Of a stretch of DNA of 64,000 nucleotides, positions 25,768 through 40,335 are shown one piece after another; position 1 is the stretch's first letter; each line of letters starts with the position of its first letter. The DNA comes from Lama glama (lineage: Eukaryota), in NCBI GenBank assembly GCA_028534125.1, contig CM052850.1:2356001-2420000 (forward strand). The letters are read 5' to 3'. The notes under the pieces were generated by a model that searched no databases, was not told the origin of the DNA, and saw nothing but the letters and a program-made list of their open reading frames with translations. The position numbers and the translations under genes were made by a program.

Positions 25768-25927
25768 TTGAACTTCATATAATTTTCATGTCATGAAATA
25801 TTACTCATCTTCTGATTATTTTTTTCTCGACTGTTGAAGACTGTCAAAACCATTGCTAGCTCATTGGCCATACAGAAACAGGTGGTAAACTGGATTGGCC
25901 TGTGGGCTATACTTGCTGACCACTTGT
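25768..25927. mobile_element. hAT-Charlie MER58B-like fragment
   Basis: tgaacttcatataattttcatgtcatgaaatatt...ggcctgtgggctatacttgctgaccacttg resembles the recalled MER58B end. Confidence 0.65.
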
Positions 25928-26199
25928 CTAGATTACGCTGTAGACAACAGGAACTGTTAGAGGGGTTTAAACTAGGAGAGAGAGCAAGGGCTACCTGCGT
26001 TCAGAAAGAACCCTTGTGGAAGGTGGGCAGGAGAGGGGAGGGGGGTCTGCGGCGCTCCCGAGCCAAGCACACGGCAGGACACCAGCCTAGACAGAGACTA
26101 AAAGGAGGTGGACTCGTCAAGCCTTGAGCAGTGAACAGCACCGCTTTGTTGCTTCCTGGCTGCCCGGCACCCATTTACTGCACTCCCGGTCTCTTGGGG

Positions 26200-27100
26200 A
26201 CACAACCTTTGCCTATTCCCAGTTAATATGGTTGAGTGGGGCACCAACCATGACCCAGGCCTCAACCAGCCATTGAATCTCATCCCCCTGGGCCACAGTG
26301 ACTGGTGATTCAATCAAGTCCGAGAAAATGGCTTTGAATTTTCTGAGCAAGAGACTTGGTCTCCTGATCAGTCTTGGATGTGTGGGGACTGAGGTCTGGA
26401 GCTGCTGCTGCAGCCAACTGGAGCCACGGGCTGGGAAGGATGAAGAAAGAGCTCACATGGAGAAGGCTGGGGAAGAGATCTGTCAATAGAGAAGGAATCC
26501 TGGTCCTGGGGATGTCATCTGAGCCCCAGATCAAGCCTGCTTAAGCCTGTCCTGCCGGAGTCTTCATTTACATGAGCCTGCAAAATCCCTGTCTGCTTAG
26601 GTCCAATGCAGCTGGACTTTCTGTCACTTGCAGGTGAAAGCAGCTTGCCTGACAGAGATGAATTGGCTGTGGGGGTGAGAGATAGGACTGATGATCCCCA
26701 GGTTAAGCAGCAGGGTGGGTGGAGATGCCAGATATGCAGACAGGATACACAGGATGAAGTCTGCAGGAAGGGCCTGGCGGGAGTCTTCTCTGCAAGACAG
26801 AGAGACAGCTGGCTGCATCCTCATAACCAGCCTCCTCTCTTCCTTCCTTCCTACATCCTACTGCCTAGAACATGAGTGGATGCTTGGAAGTCTAGCTTAC
26901 CATGAGGCTGAGGGTCACTGCCTGGAGGTGAGGCAGCAGAAAGCAAGGAGTCTGGGGCCCTAGCCACTCTGTGCAGCCACCAGAGCAAGCCTGCACTGCC
27001 TTCCTCCAGACTGTACTGACCTTGGAGGAAGACAAACATCCCTCTTGGTTAAGCCACTGTTAAACGAGGAGTTCCATCGAATGCAGCAGAACCTAATCCC
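26200..27100 (+). mobile_element. Old MaLR LTR (MLT1-like) fragments, probably two
   Basis: MLT1-type 3' ends (atgagcc...aaatccct...ttctgtcacttgca; ttaagccactg...tgcagcagaacctaatcc); boundaries approximate. Confidence 0.45.
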
Positions 27101-27187
27101 AGCATGGGCTCTTCCCTCTGCTGCGGAGATTGGAGCCACAGTGAATGTATTCAGTCACTGTCTGGGTTATAAAGGGTTTTCCATATA

Positions 27188-27506
27188 CAATCATCCCTCG
27201 GTATCTGCGGGGAATTAGCTCCAGGACCTTCCCAGATACCAAAACCTGCAGTCCCTCAAATCCCTTACATAAAATGACACAGCATTTGCATATACCCTAC
27301 ACACAACCTCCTGTGTACTTTAAACCATCTCCAGGTGGCTTATAATTCCTAACAAAATGTAAATGCTATGTAAATAGTTGCTGGTGTGCAGCAAATTCAA
27401 GTTCTGGTTTTGGGAACTTTCTGGAATTTTTATTTTAATATTTTCAACGTGAGGTTGGTTGGTTGAATCCACAGATGCAGAATCTGCAAACAAGGCCAAC
27501 CATCCA
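27188..27506. mobile_element. TcMar-Tigger MER2/MER2B-like element
   Basis: ta-caatcatccctcggtatctgcgggg start, internal atttgcatata...aatgtaaatgctatgtaaatagttg, end ggttgaatccacagatgcagaa. Confidence 0.75.
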
Positions 27507-29463
27507 CACATTTTCCTTATACTCCATTCAGGATACCTGTGATTAATGTTAACAAAACCTGTATTATTACTGCCTGATATTTACATAGTCTTTGACAGTT
27601 GTGTGCACATTCATGCCTATCATGCGTCTTAATGCTTGCTCCAACCTTTTGTGCGGCAGGTTTAATTGCCGGCAGCCCATCAAGGACACAAGCGCTCCCT
27701 ATACGCTTCTGTATCCTTGGCCCCGGGCACATACATCGGGGAGCACCAGTCATCTTTCCAGAGTGACTGCTATGAGCTGAGAAGCGGTGTGACTTGCCCA
27801 AGGTCACAGAGTCAACGTGGGGCTGAGATTTGAAAGCAGATCCTCCCATACTGAATATAGCCTCTTTAAAAATAACATCAATGTGAATTATGCATTACCT
27901 TCCATCTCAAACTTCTAAAAGTCCCTTTATAGTCTCTAATTAATTTTCCAGTTATAGCTTTGGTTTCTCTTAAAATATTTATCATTAAACACTTAAATGA
28001 TGTAGGCTAAAAGTGAGATTTCTACATGCTCTCCCACATGCCCCACGTCCCCCGTCGGCAAGTGCCGATATTCCTGGATGACTCTCACCTACAATCCCAG
28101 GTGACAGAGGGACTGAGACTCATGGACAGCTTGACCCCAGTGCCTAAGTCAGTGCAAGCCTTTTCACGGCCACCCAATAAAAGTGTGCTGAAAATAGGAA
28201 TGAACAAACAAAAAACTCCAATTTATAGCATCATTCTAAATTTCCTCTCAGTTATTTTTAGTATACATTCCACTCCCCTATTTATAAATAAGGTTTTGTG
28301 TTCTTTTTTCATTAAAAAAAAAAAACCTTTCACATCCATGAGAAGGAAGTGTATTAAAGCAAATGTATCAATTCACTGGACAGGTAACACTCTTATCATT
28401 AAGTCATTCTTCTTCCCATTTTACAGAAGCCACAAAAGGGAAGGTGTTTTGGCCAAGGCTAGAACCACAGCAAAGCCAAGGCCACAGTGTGGGCTCCCCG
28501 TGCCTCTGGTCATTCACCCCCTGCTGCATCGACCTGCCGCCATCCTTAGCAGTCTGTATGTAAGCCACTTGCCCACACCCGACAGCTGGACACGTGGCCA
28601 GTCCCCTTGGGTTCACTTTAAAGAGGGAGAAATACCCAGACATGAGACAGCTCACTGATGCACAGCCAAGACACTGACCACTTTTAAATGGCATTGCTTC
28701 AGTTTTAGATTTTTATGCAGCCAGTGGCATTAGCCATGAAGCTGAGCTGAGGGTGTCAGGGTGGCTGGAAACACCAGACTGGCCCATTTAGGGACCCAGT
28801 AGCACTGATCGTGCAGGGGAGAGACTTCTGGATGCGGGTGTGTTAAGTCATGCTTTCTCCCAAAGGAAGAATTAAGAAGGCCCTGAGGCTTCTTACCATT
28901 TCATAGTGGGGTGCGCCCCACAGGTACCACTCAATACTGGCTAGTGCCCAAAGCAGTCACAGCCTTACAGTCTATCCAGCTGGCCAAATGCCGCCAAACG
29001 TGGAGGCGTAAGAGAGAATCGCATCTCTGACATTGTGTGCTGTCATGATTCTACCATTATCAATGCTATCAGCCCCTTATATTTTCAAGGTATGTTTTCT
29101 CAAACAGCTCAAAGGTCTCTAAAAGAGAAGATATTCTTAGCCCTGTTGGTGAGATAAAATGCTGGAGGTACAGAAGAGAAAGATTTACTCTGGGTCACAA
29201 CTGATTCGGTGTGACCGTTCAACGCTCCATTCACTGAACCCTCCCTGACTCTTATCTCTTCTCCTACAGCCCCTCCCTAGAAGCATCAGAGGCTTTTCCC
29301 AGACAAGGAACGTCACCCGCCCGTGCATCTGATAAGCCTTCTGGCCTCCAAGAGGTCTCTCTCAAGGAAGACCTGTTTCTGAACATGGACTGGAGTGCAT
29401 GACTGAACGGACACTGAAGGGAACCCATCTGGTCAGCAGAGGGGTGGGCTGGGCCACTTCTCA

Positions 29464-29910
<447 letters not shown>

Positions 29911-30194
29911 TCAGCCCGTAAATGGAATTTGGTCTGCAATCCATCCTCACCTGCCCCTTCTCAGAGCCCCGTGGGACGTGCTGACGTGCAACTTACAAAC
30001 TGACCCTGGAGTCAAAGATGTGGCAGAAACTTTCTAGTGTCATCAGAGCAGTTTTCTGGAGGCCTTGCCCCCACACCCTACCATCTACCCTGCTGGAAGC
30101 AGAGCCAGCAGAATGAAGAGACAAAGGCGGATGGGAGGAAGAGGCAGGCCAGCTCTGCATCCCTCTGGCAGGAGCGCTCCAGCCACCGCAGTCA

Positions 30195-30494
<300 letters not shown>

Positions 30495-32044
30495 TTACAT
30501 TTTCCAGTGAAGCAAAGAGGATGAATGCTTGCAAGGACCAGAGAAGGCAAGATCTTCGGAGTCAGCCTGCTTATATGTCGTTCCTCCCACACCTAATCTG
30601 GTCTTTTTATCTTCATGATAGCTGTTCACCACGGTGCTGACCATGGTACTTAAGCCATCTGTCAGAGCTATTAGCCTGTAATAGGAGTGCAGGGAATGCA
30701 CTGCCCCCCGCCTCCCTGCCTAGGGTGGTAATGTGATGTCTCAGGTTATGAGAACATTTGTATTTGCAGAAGATGTGAGTTATTCCTTAGGCAGATGCTG
30801 CCCTGGAATTTGCAAGCAGTTTAAGTCAGAGAGGGGGCATCTCTGCCTTCCTGGGGTGTGTTCCTATTCAGGGAGTCACAGCTCAGAAGTCTGGAACAGC
30901 GGTAATCCAGAGTCCATGAGAATGAACACACCGCCAAGTCCAGGCCAATAGGATGAAGAAAGGCAGGAAAACCGGACACTTGGAAAAGGAAGAAAGAAAA
31001 CAGATTTGGGCAGATCTGGCTATAGTGTGCTAACTAATCTGCTGTTGGCTGCTGGGCTTAGAATGTGGTCACTGTGCAAGTTCACGTGGAAAAAGAGGGA
31101 CAACGTGGAGACCTTTATACGCAGTGAATACTCAACGAGCCAAGGTCGATCCCACGGCTCTTTGGATGGGACGGGTGCCCTTACATGTGCACCTGCCCCC
31201 CCAGCCACATTTCAGATCTCAGGATCTACTCTCACACATCAACTGAAGGCTTACAGGTCACCCTTCCAGCCTGTTGAGACAACGTTCAGCCTGTGTTTAA
31301 CACACTTCAGTTTCTCTAATATATGCTAAATGGAACACGTTTCCCCCCCGCCAACAGTGTTTAGAATGTGCAATTGATGAACAGTCTCTGCTCTTTTGCT
31401 CAAATAACTCCCACTGACACCTGCTCGGGGAATTTGTTCTAAACACTATTTTTCAAAGCCTAAATCTTGCTCGTCTCTCAGGGAGAATGGAGTTGGCAAA
31501 CTTGGCAGCACTGGGGGAGCTGGGGAGGAGGAAGGGGCCCCGGTCAGACAGGTAGCAGCACCGATAAAACCCACCCAAACCATCGAATCTGGTTCTGGAC
31601 ACCCCAGGTGGAAGCTGTCATATAGCCTTGCCTGTCTTCATAGCTGCGTCTGTCTTTTCACCCTCTTAACTCAGAATCCATGATTCATCCTTGATTCATC
31701 ACATATACACAATTTAGTGTTTTTTCTTCCTGTGACACTCCTGAAGCCATCATTAGTTGTCATGATTGTCTCAAATACCTTATCCAATCATGAAGCAGCT
31801 TGGAGGGTGCAATGGGATTTTACCAAAGGTACATGTGTAACAGTCAAGGAGCCCAAAGCCAGAAATGTACATTTATTATGAAGGTGGTCTTTAAATTTTT
31901 CACCTTTTTTTTTTTTAATCAGTCCTTGACATTAACCCAAATCTCTAACATCAAAAGGAAAGGATACGGAAGAGAAAGAAGGTTTGCTGAGACCCATCAG
32001 AAAACATAATTGAAGTATAGGCTTAAATCCGTTTTCACTTGCGC

Positions 32045-32220
32045 TCACAGAACTTTAAGCCTGGAAAGGACCTGCAAAGCTATCTGTGCAGCTCCTCTGC
32101 TGCACTGACGACGGTGTTAAGGCCCAGAGAGGCTCAGTGACTTGACCAAGTTTGTACAGCTGGTCAGTGCTGGAGGTGAGGCTTTCAGGCTAAGGACCTG
32201 TCGCCCCAGGGCTCTTTCCC
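32045..32220 (-). mobile_element. MIR SINE fragment
   Basis: aggcccagagaggctcagtgacttgaccaagtttgtacagctggtcagtg. Confidence 0.55.
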
Positions 32221-32898
32221 AAACCCAGCAAGTTACTTCTTTCTTCTACCTTCAGATTCCTCTGCAAAGCTCTCTTCTTCCAAGAAGCCCTAGAAAGTTC
32301 AGAATAAGGGTTCTTCTCAAAGATACTTCAGTTGCCACTTATATCTTTCCAATGCATGTCTATACTCTCTCTTTGTTTTTCTGTTTGTATAGATCCCTTG
32401 GCTTTGTCATGACTATACAAGATACAGCCTTTCTAGTCACAAGCTAGGTGTCTGCTCTGTGCGTGGTGTGGGGTCTCTGTTGCGGGCCAGGCTGAGGATG
32501 GCCAGCTCAAGGAAGTCATGGTAGGAACACCCGTCATGTCTTGTTGGAATGGATAGGAGTGCTCTTATTTTTTGGAAATAAGTCTAAGGGCAATAAAGTA
32601 TTACATATTACAGTTATTGTAAATATTGCAATTTCATAACAGCTCCCACCTCCCACTAAAGGGTCAAAGAAATACTTGGGTTTGCATGTGGGTGGGAGGG
32701 GAGACAGCACAGAGAACACGCAGTACAGGAGGAACGTGCGCTGCCAAGCAGGCAGGGCTGACTTTAGATCTCAGCTCTCCCACTTACTATCTGAAATCCT
32801 GAGTGTGTTACAAGTTACTTAACCAAGTAAGCATCAGTGGAGACAATGAAACCCACCTATAAACATTCACATCACTCCTGAATACATTAGTCACATAT

Positions 32899-32920
<22 letters not shown>
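32899..32920. repeat. (TG)11 microsatellite
   Basis: Read directly. Confidence 0.9.
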
Positions 32921-32929
<9 letters not shown>

Positions 32930-34488
32930 AATACATATATTTGGGGTGGGGGAGAGAGAATGGGAGAGAAACGGAGGCAGGAGTGGGCAAGAACATATAT
33001 TTAGCACAGTGTCTGGGACACTCAGGAATTCAGGTTACTGTAAATAGTGTTCTCATTATCAGCAGTATTTCGAACAGGTTAGTATTGGAGTTGGTTTTAT
33101 TCTAGTTTATTTTGCTTGAAGATGAAAAGGGGATAAGAACAATTTTAAGCATGGATCCAAAAAAATCCTTAATTTAATCAAGTTTCATTTGGCTGTTCAA
33201 GAACATTTTAATTCTAGAATCAAATATTTGAGAGTTAGAAGGGACTTAATAGAAGTCATCAAGCCAATCTTCCACTTCTGCTGGGATTCAGCTTGCAACA
33301 CACCCCTGACATCATCGTTAAATCTCTACCGAAATATCCTCTGTGAAAGAGAACTCATTATTTCTCAACCAAGCCTCACACTTTGACATGTGACATTCTA
33401 TTGTATTTTTGGAGAACCAAACCCTCCAGTAATGGGATTAGAAAATGGACAAAATTAGGGGATGCAGGCAAGAGAGAGGAGCAAAAAGAAGGCATTTCAG
33501 AGAGGCGCTGGAAAGGGCTGCGGATACAGCCAGCCGGCGGCGGCGGCGGGGGGGAGGGTTGTGCAGTGGCTCCAGATGGCAGGCCCCATTGAGAAGGCAG
33601 CTGGCAGCCCAAAGGCAGCCTGACTGCAGGAGACCGCCACTTGGCTGAGGTCCTATGCTGGGGTTTAGCCTCCACATCTCCAAGTCGGAGAGTCTGCCTC
33701 CCTGTGCCCGGCAGAGAGCCTGTGTATCTGCCTAGGATAGTTGTATGATGTGCTTGTAGGATGTGCTGCTGGTTCTTCACCCCCCACAAATGGCAGTTGC
33801 CTTTGAAGATTGGCCTCTGCTGCTCAGTGGGCCTCTGGTTACCTTATTCTCAATTTGGAAACTGGAAAGGATGTGGTAACCAAGGGGCATTGTCCAGCAA
33901 GCTGCATGGTCCTTTGAGATGGACTGGCTGGAATGTGGCCGGTGGGTTTCCTTAGGGTCGGGCACACTGCCAGGAACTCTGAGTTGTTCCCGGTGGTGGG
34001 ACTTAAGAGCATAAATCTCTGCCTTTGGAGACATAACTCACACACATTTTGTGTTGCTGTACACAGGAGAACAACCACTTGATCTTTCAGGGTTACTCAC
34101 ACATGGGGGTATCCTGAGATCCAGATCATCAAGGGCCTCACACTCTCCTCAGTCTCCCGGGGGACCCTCTGGCTAAGAACAACTGTGTCACCTTGGCTGG
34201 ATTTCTGCTTTGTGCCCACAGAAGTCCAGCTGCATGTGAAGCAGCGCCATGATCTGCCAATCTCAGAGGCAGCCCCTGTATCGGACCACCCTGAACACCT
34301 GGGCAGGTGAGCGGGGAACCCTGCACATGTGAATTTCCAAGGTCACATTGCATCAAGATCTTGGGAGCATACCTCTGGGCAAGAAGAGATTCTTTAAAGC
34401 ACCTTCAATCCTGTGTGCTCAGGCTGGAAAGCCACACACTATCTGGGCAACAACTGTCCCCCACCAGGCCCCCGATGCGCCCGCTCAC

Positions 34489-34554
34489 CTGCATCCCAAT
34501 GATGGCATAGATGAAGAAAAGCATGGCGATCAAAAGGCAGACGTAGGGGAGGGC
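34489..34554 (-). CDS. CACNA1E: Cav2.3 exon ~35, IVS5 ([22 protein letters not shown])
   Basis: 66 nt, ttccag/gtgagc, phase 0/0. Confidence 0.96.
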
Positions 34555-36634
34555 CTGGAAGGAGAGCAGACACACGCGGACCGTGAACTCCAAGGCAGGC
34601 AGTTCCAGGATCAACCACCTGCAGTCCCAGGCAGTACAGGAACTCTTGCCCTGAGGCTGAGCTAAACACAGGGCCAGGACTCTGCTCCCTGGGGCCATTC
34701 TATCTCATGGTTCCATGCTTTTTTAGATGTCCACGTCCTCTGACAGAGATGTAAGCTGTTAGCCCCAGAGAGGCTTGTAAATGGTCATCTGTCAGGAATA
34801 TTCCCTCACCCAGAAGCAGAGCCCAAACCTCCAAGGGAGAGCTGGGGAAATGTCCCGGGCTTGGGGTTCATCCCACTCTGCACGCAGAGCGTTAATCACC
34901 TAGGCAACTGTGATGCAAATTACACAGCAAGAATCAAGCTTTGGCTCCCAAGTCCCTGTCTCACCCTTCCCACTCCCTCGGCTCAATGTGAAGCTCGTAA
35001 TAGAGCCTCTGGGCAAAAAAAATCAAACAGCTGGGGTCTCAGTTGTTGGTCAGTTCCTAGAAGTCTTCCTTCAAACTCTGATGAAACATCTCTTCCCAAT
35101 GGTTAAGCCTCTTGACCTTTCATTACATGTCCTGCAAAATTCCAAAAGGCCTTTCAAAGTGTGAGCCACCACAAAACCCTGCCACAAAGCCACGTGGTGT
35201 CAGATTCCACCCTGTGCAAGCTAACTTCCACTCGGGGATGATAACACATGAATGACGGGGGTGAAGGGGGCCCATGCAGGAGATGGAGGGTGGGGAGTGG
35301 TCCTTGGTGGCTGGGGGAGGATGGAGACGTAGGGCAGCTTGGTTTGGGGGCCAGCATGGCCACTCTAATCCTGGGGTGACCTCAGTGCTGACACAGAAGC
35401 CCATCTCCTTCACCGGTAAGCTTCCCTGGCAGGCGATGCAACTCCGAGTCTCCCCTCTACCTTGAGTGTGAACAACACAAATCCCAGGAGAGCAATTGAA
35501 GGCTTGCAGACTGCGCGAGCAGGGCAGAGCTTATCAGCAGAGCTAACTAAATGAAGAGCCCTGGAGACTTCTACAACTTGAGTAAGGAGTAACATTAAAA
35601 TGCAACGGAAAGGCCGCGGGAGGACCCCGTCTCCTGTGATGTGCTGATTCCCAAGGACTGTGGCAGGAGTGGCTGCATTTTGAGGGGCCGTGAAGACACC
35701 CTCTGCTGAGAGGAGAGGGTAGGGAGGCAGGCCTCACCCCTCTTGTCACCTTCTGCCCTTTACTTCCTGCCCTTATTCTACCGTCTCCACTCCAACGGCC
35801 CCAGCCCCTAGTACATCTCTCCCTACCCCCAGCTTTGGGGAGAGGACCAAAGATTCGTCCTGATCTCTTTTCTTGTCATGTTATAAATTCCAACACAAAA
35901 TAAGAAAGAGAGAGAGGAATGGAGGCGGGGTCAGTGGTGGAGAACTGGGTGATGCCTGGGGGGTGCGGTATAGGCGGTGGCAGTGCTGTTCGCACTGTGC
36001 GACTCTCGGCTGTGTGTTTGCAAGGGCAACTTCTGCTAAACCAACTTCAAGAAAACAACATCCACACTGTGCCCCAGGGCTGTTCTGAGAAGGAAACACC
36101 CACGCTTCACAGTGTCACCTGGAGGCAGACTCACACCTGTCTCCACTGTTCTCTGTTTACTGGAATAAGCCATTTGGCCATCAATTTTTGACATGCTTTT
36201 CCTTGCCCTCAACAGTATACAGTTTTACAGAGAAGCAGTGATCATGATAACATGACAAGCTGACACAGATTTCTTCAGAGACTCACTAAGCACTGTAACT
36301 TCTTGGGTAGGCTGTGAAAAAATGGTCCAAGAGCACCTTGTGTTTCAAATTCTACACCAGATTCTCCTGAGACTCAAATGGTCAATTCCTGCTATGGTTT
36401 TAGACTTCTCCTCTGCCATTTAGCTTTGGAAAAAATAGTTTTCATTGAGGTGAGGCCTCTGTGGGAGTCATCACACCAAACAATTACTCTGAATACAATA
36501 AAACTGTCAAGGCTGCTCATAGGAGCCTGAACATCCTTGCAACTGGTCTCACCTCTCAAATCCCACAGACCTTGATGGAGAAGTAAATCAGTGATGAAGG
36601 CGTGGGGTGCACTCCCTTTCAAATGATGGGAAAC

Positions 36635-36724
36635 CATGAATTCACTGACCTGCCTTCTTTAGTTCAATTTGTAATTAAAATACATAAATAATTAAAATAA
36701 AGAAGGCAGGTCAGTGAATTCATG
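36635..36724. repeat. Perfect 27-bp inverted repeat with 36-nt AT-rich spacer
   Basis: catgaattcactgacctgccttcttta (36635-36661) is the exact reverse complement of taaagaaggcaggtcagtgaattcatg (36698-36724). Confidence 0.95.
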
Positions 36725-37588
36725 ACTTCTCATCTTTGAATCAATTTCATCAAATGTATTTTTAAAATACATTCTGAAAACCTGTTTTTAAAAGAGGAAA
36801 ACATTAGGCTATCAAAAAGCACTGATGCCCCTCAAACCTTAAAAACAAACTAATTACCAAAAATTAATTATGATATTTGCTAGAATGCGAAGATTTTTAA
36901 ATATGTTTGGAAAACTCCTTTTACTGGAAGCCTCCGCCATTAAAGTGGGTCTCAGGTACCAATTTTTAACTTGTACTTATTACATATATACCTCTTATGG
37001 CCCCATGAGACCATTCAAATGAAGCCCACCATATTAACCTTGGGCAGACGTCCTATTAGTTTGCAGGACACAGAGGTGACCACCAGCATGCCATACATTC
37101 AGTGGTTCAGGAAAGACACACTAATGAAGACATGAGTGGGACTGGTATGAATCATCCTGCTATAAAACACAACTCAAGGAGTCCCCTGAAATGCTGTTCT
37201 GTGGAATAAAGCCACGGACTGAAAACGCAGAGGCTGCGTGACTCCAGGTGGCTGGCTCTGCCCGTGGACGGACTTGCTCAGGACACCTTGGAACACCCGG
37301 AGAGGGAACAGCCCTCATAAAACAGGCCCCCACCTCAGCGGACAGAGAAGACAACTGAGTTACACAGCTGAGGTGTTCGAGAACGAGATTCCAGCCAATC
37401 AGCGGTGAGCTGCCCGCCGCCTGGCTGAGCTGTGCTGTAATGAAGAACTGCTGGGTCTACTGGATGCTTCTGGCAACACCCATGTGCAGAGGCGAGGGCT
37501 CCTGTGGAGTGATGCCATGTGGCCTGCGTGCTGTCTGACACGACAGGGCCCCCGCAACCCTCAGCGAGGAGGAGCTGGTACCCTTTAC

Positions 37589-37714
37589 CTTGAAGGACTG
37601 CACGAAGGTCCAGAGTAAAATTCGGATGGTGTAGCCCTGGCGCAGAAGCTTGATGAGGCGGGCGGCTCGGAAGAGCTTCAGAAAGCTCATGTTGAAGCCA
37701 CTGGTGTTCACCAG
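37589..37714 (-). CDS. CACNA1E: Cav2.3 exon ~34, IVS4 ([42 protein letters not shown])
   Basis: 126 nt, caccag/gtaaag, phase 0/0. Confidence 0.96.
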
Positions 37715-38415
37715 CTGGTGGACCAAAAGGAAACGTGTAATTAGTGACATTATGGTCATTTAGAAAATCTAAGCACTAGTATTTGTGCATTTATCCTTCA
37801 TTCAGATCATAAAATTGAACACAGATTCCATCTTTCGTTTCTAACCCCATCTCCAGCTGACAGCCCCCGGAAGGACCATCTCTCTAGGCCTCCCAAGCCT
37901 GCCCTCAGTTCCCAGGTAGGAAGGTATGGAAGTGCCCCGGGAGGGCGCCCCACACTCAGCTGACAAGACTGAGCTCCCTCATCTTCTGTAAGCGGTCCTC
38001 ACTCTGCTCTTGGATGCCAGAGAGCAGACCAGAGAACCCCTCCAATGTTCAAAGAGCTGTGACGAGCAATCCACGTCTTCTTTAGGATAAACAATTTCAG
38101 GTCTAACCACTTTGGGGGTGAAGACTCCGTGCCTCTTGTGTGCCTCCCAGAGTCCAGCAGAGCACCGTGCTCACTCGGCCTCTCTGGCGCCCTCTGTCCC
38201 ACTCGCCCCCTTTGGGGCTGCTACTTGAGTCACACAACTGGAACCAAGCCTTCTAAGAGATCCAGCACCACTTGGATATTTGCATTTTCTGGCAAAAGCT
38301 CAGGAAGTGCATGGGGGCTATGCATTTGGTTTGAGGAGTTAAAAATGGGCTGAACGTGCAGAGGATTTTTTTTTTTCAATGTCACTCCTGGGCCAAGCTT
38401 AAAGAGAGGGATCTA

Positions 38416-38607
<192 letters not shown>

Positions 38608-40124
38608 TCACTTGGAATTAAAACTTGTCAATTCAAGTACAAGTTCCTTCTAGCTTTGGCTTTCGTATCCTCTTTCTCACCAGAAATGCTGTTTCTCCTT
38701 AACTAATCTGAGATTTCTCCTTTGGGTAGGTGTTGCGTCATTATTCAGAGATCTTGTTTTTGAAGCTGTCGCTAAAAAGCTACATAAAATATATGTAAGA
38801 TTTTTTAAAATGGAATATTACATAAAAATACGTAAGAAAGGGATGTGTGGCCTAGAACATTATGACACCCAAAAAAGAAAACATCATCATTGTCACCCAT
38901 AAGACAGTAGAATGATTTACAACATTACTCTAAGGTTTTCCATAACGGTGGCCTTTAAATTATGTATATAGTATCGCGTGACCCTACAGATAGACAGCTC
39001 TGACTTGCAACTTTCAATAAAAGTCACATAGGCATCCTAAGTGACTAAAACTCAGAGATGTACCAAAAATCTCTTCCTGACTCTGCTGAGCCTTTTCAAA
39101 CCAACTGCTGATCAGCAATGAGATGAACAAACCCATCTTTCCACTCCACTCTTTCTTTGCTCTGCTCCACCTTTTGAGGAGCTGTAACTAAATAAAACGC
39201 AAGGAAGAGGCAATAAAATGAGTGGGTTGAAGGAGACAGAGAAATACAGGACCTGGATGATGCACCAACCAGGTAACATCCCGCATCATAGAGAAGGGGG
39301 ACTCTGCTCCCATCTCCAGGGTGCAGGCGAACACAGACCTTAGACTACATTCCTTAAAAGAAACAGGGCGACTGGGTACCCGAAACGTTACCCACTTGCC
39401 CTTGGGGAGCACCTCCCATAAGGGACCCTCTGAGCACGGCGCAACTGACACCCATCCTGACAACTGGCAGTAGTGAGTCCTTACTACGTGTGCCAGACTC
39501 TGGGCCAGGTCCTTCCCTGGCATCCTTTCAGTTCATTTATTCCTCCCATGGATCCTCCAAGTGGGTAGTGATAAATACCTCATGCTCATAAAATACTGAG
39601 TGGTAGGAGTGGCAAGAAGAGTGGGAAGAGATACGCAATAGAGAGGGAGAAGGAGTGTAGGGAGAGAGAACGTACGCTTAACCAGCGCCTCGCAGGACCA
39701 GACGCCTTGGTGTGTTCCCTGACTGGACACACACACGGTATCTAAGGCTAGAGGGCAGCCCTGTTACCCTCCTATGAATGAGAAAACTGACGCTTCAAGA
39801 CGCCGGTCTGATTCCAAAGCCACAGGCACCTGCCAGGCATGGAGAGAAACCAGGCACACAGCCTCACGACTCACTTCTGCAGAGGAGACCTACTCCTTCA
39901 GGAGTGGGGCCAGGTGGAGTCTCCGAGGTCCCCAGTTCTCAGGGCTCTCCTAATCCCACCCTGGGGTGAGCGTCTGAATTCTTGGATAGATCCAAATACA
40001 AGAACCAGAATATGAACCTAGATCTCAAGAGGACAGAAGCCCTGGATCCCAGCTGAGAAGACTTGACAATATGGTGTGGTCGAGCCCAGCCCAGTGCAGT
40101 CCAGACTAGCAGATCACGGTGGAC

Positions 40125-40335
40125 AAAGTGAGGGCTTTGAAGTCAGACAGACCAGGATCTGAACCCTGGCAGCTGGCGCTGCCTTCCTGTGACCTTGTGC
40201 AAAGCACTGAATCTTCCTGAGCCCGAGCTCACCAACAAAGGAGGAAAGCACCTAATGCCCATCTAACAGAGTTGCTATGAAGTAAAATACGTAAAGCATT
40301 TGGTATTTAGGAGACAACCAATGTGTGTTAACTCG
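40125..40335 (+). mobile_element. MIR SINE
   Basis: ggctttgaagtcagacagacc...ctgtgaccttgtgcaaagcactgaatctt...gtaaagcattt. Confidence 0.6.

Noticed and set aside
33535-33558. (CGG)5 plus G-run as an expandable repeat or G-quadruplex
   Set aside because: Short, deep intronic and common in GC-rich genomes
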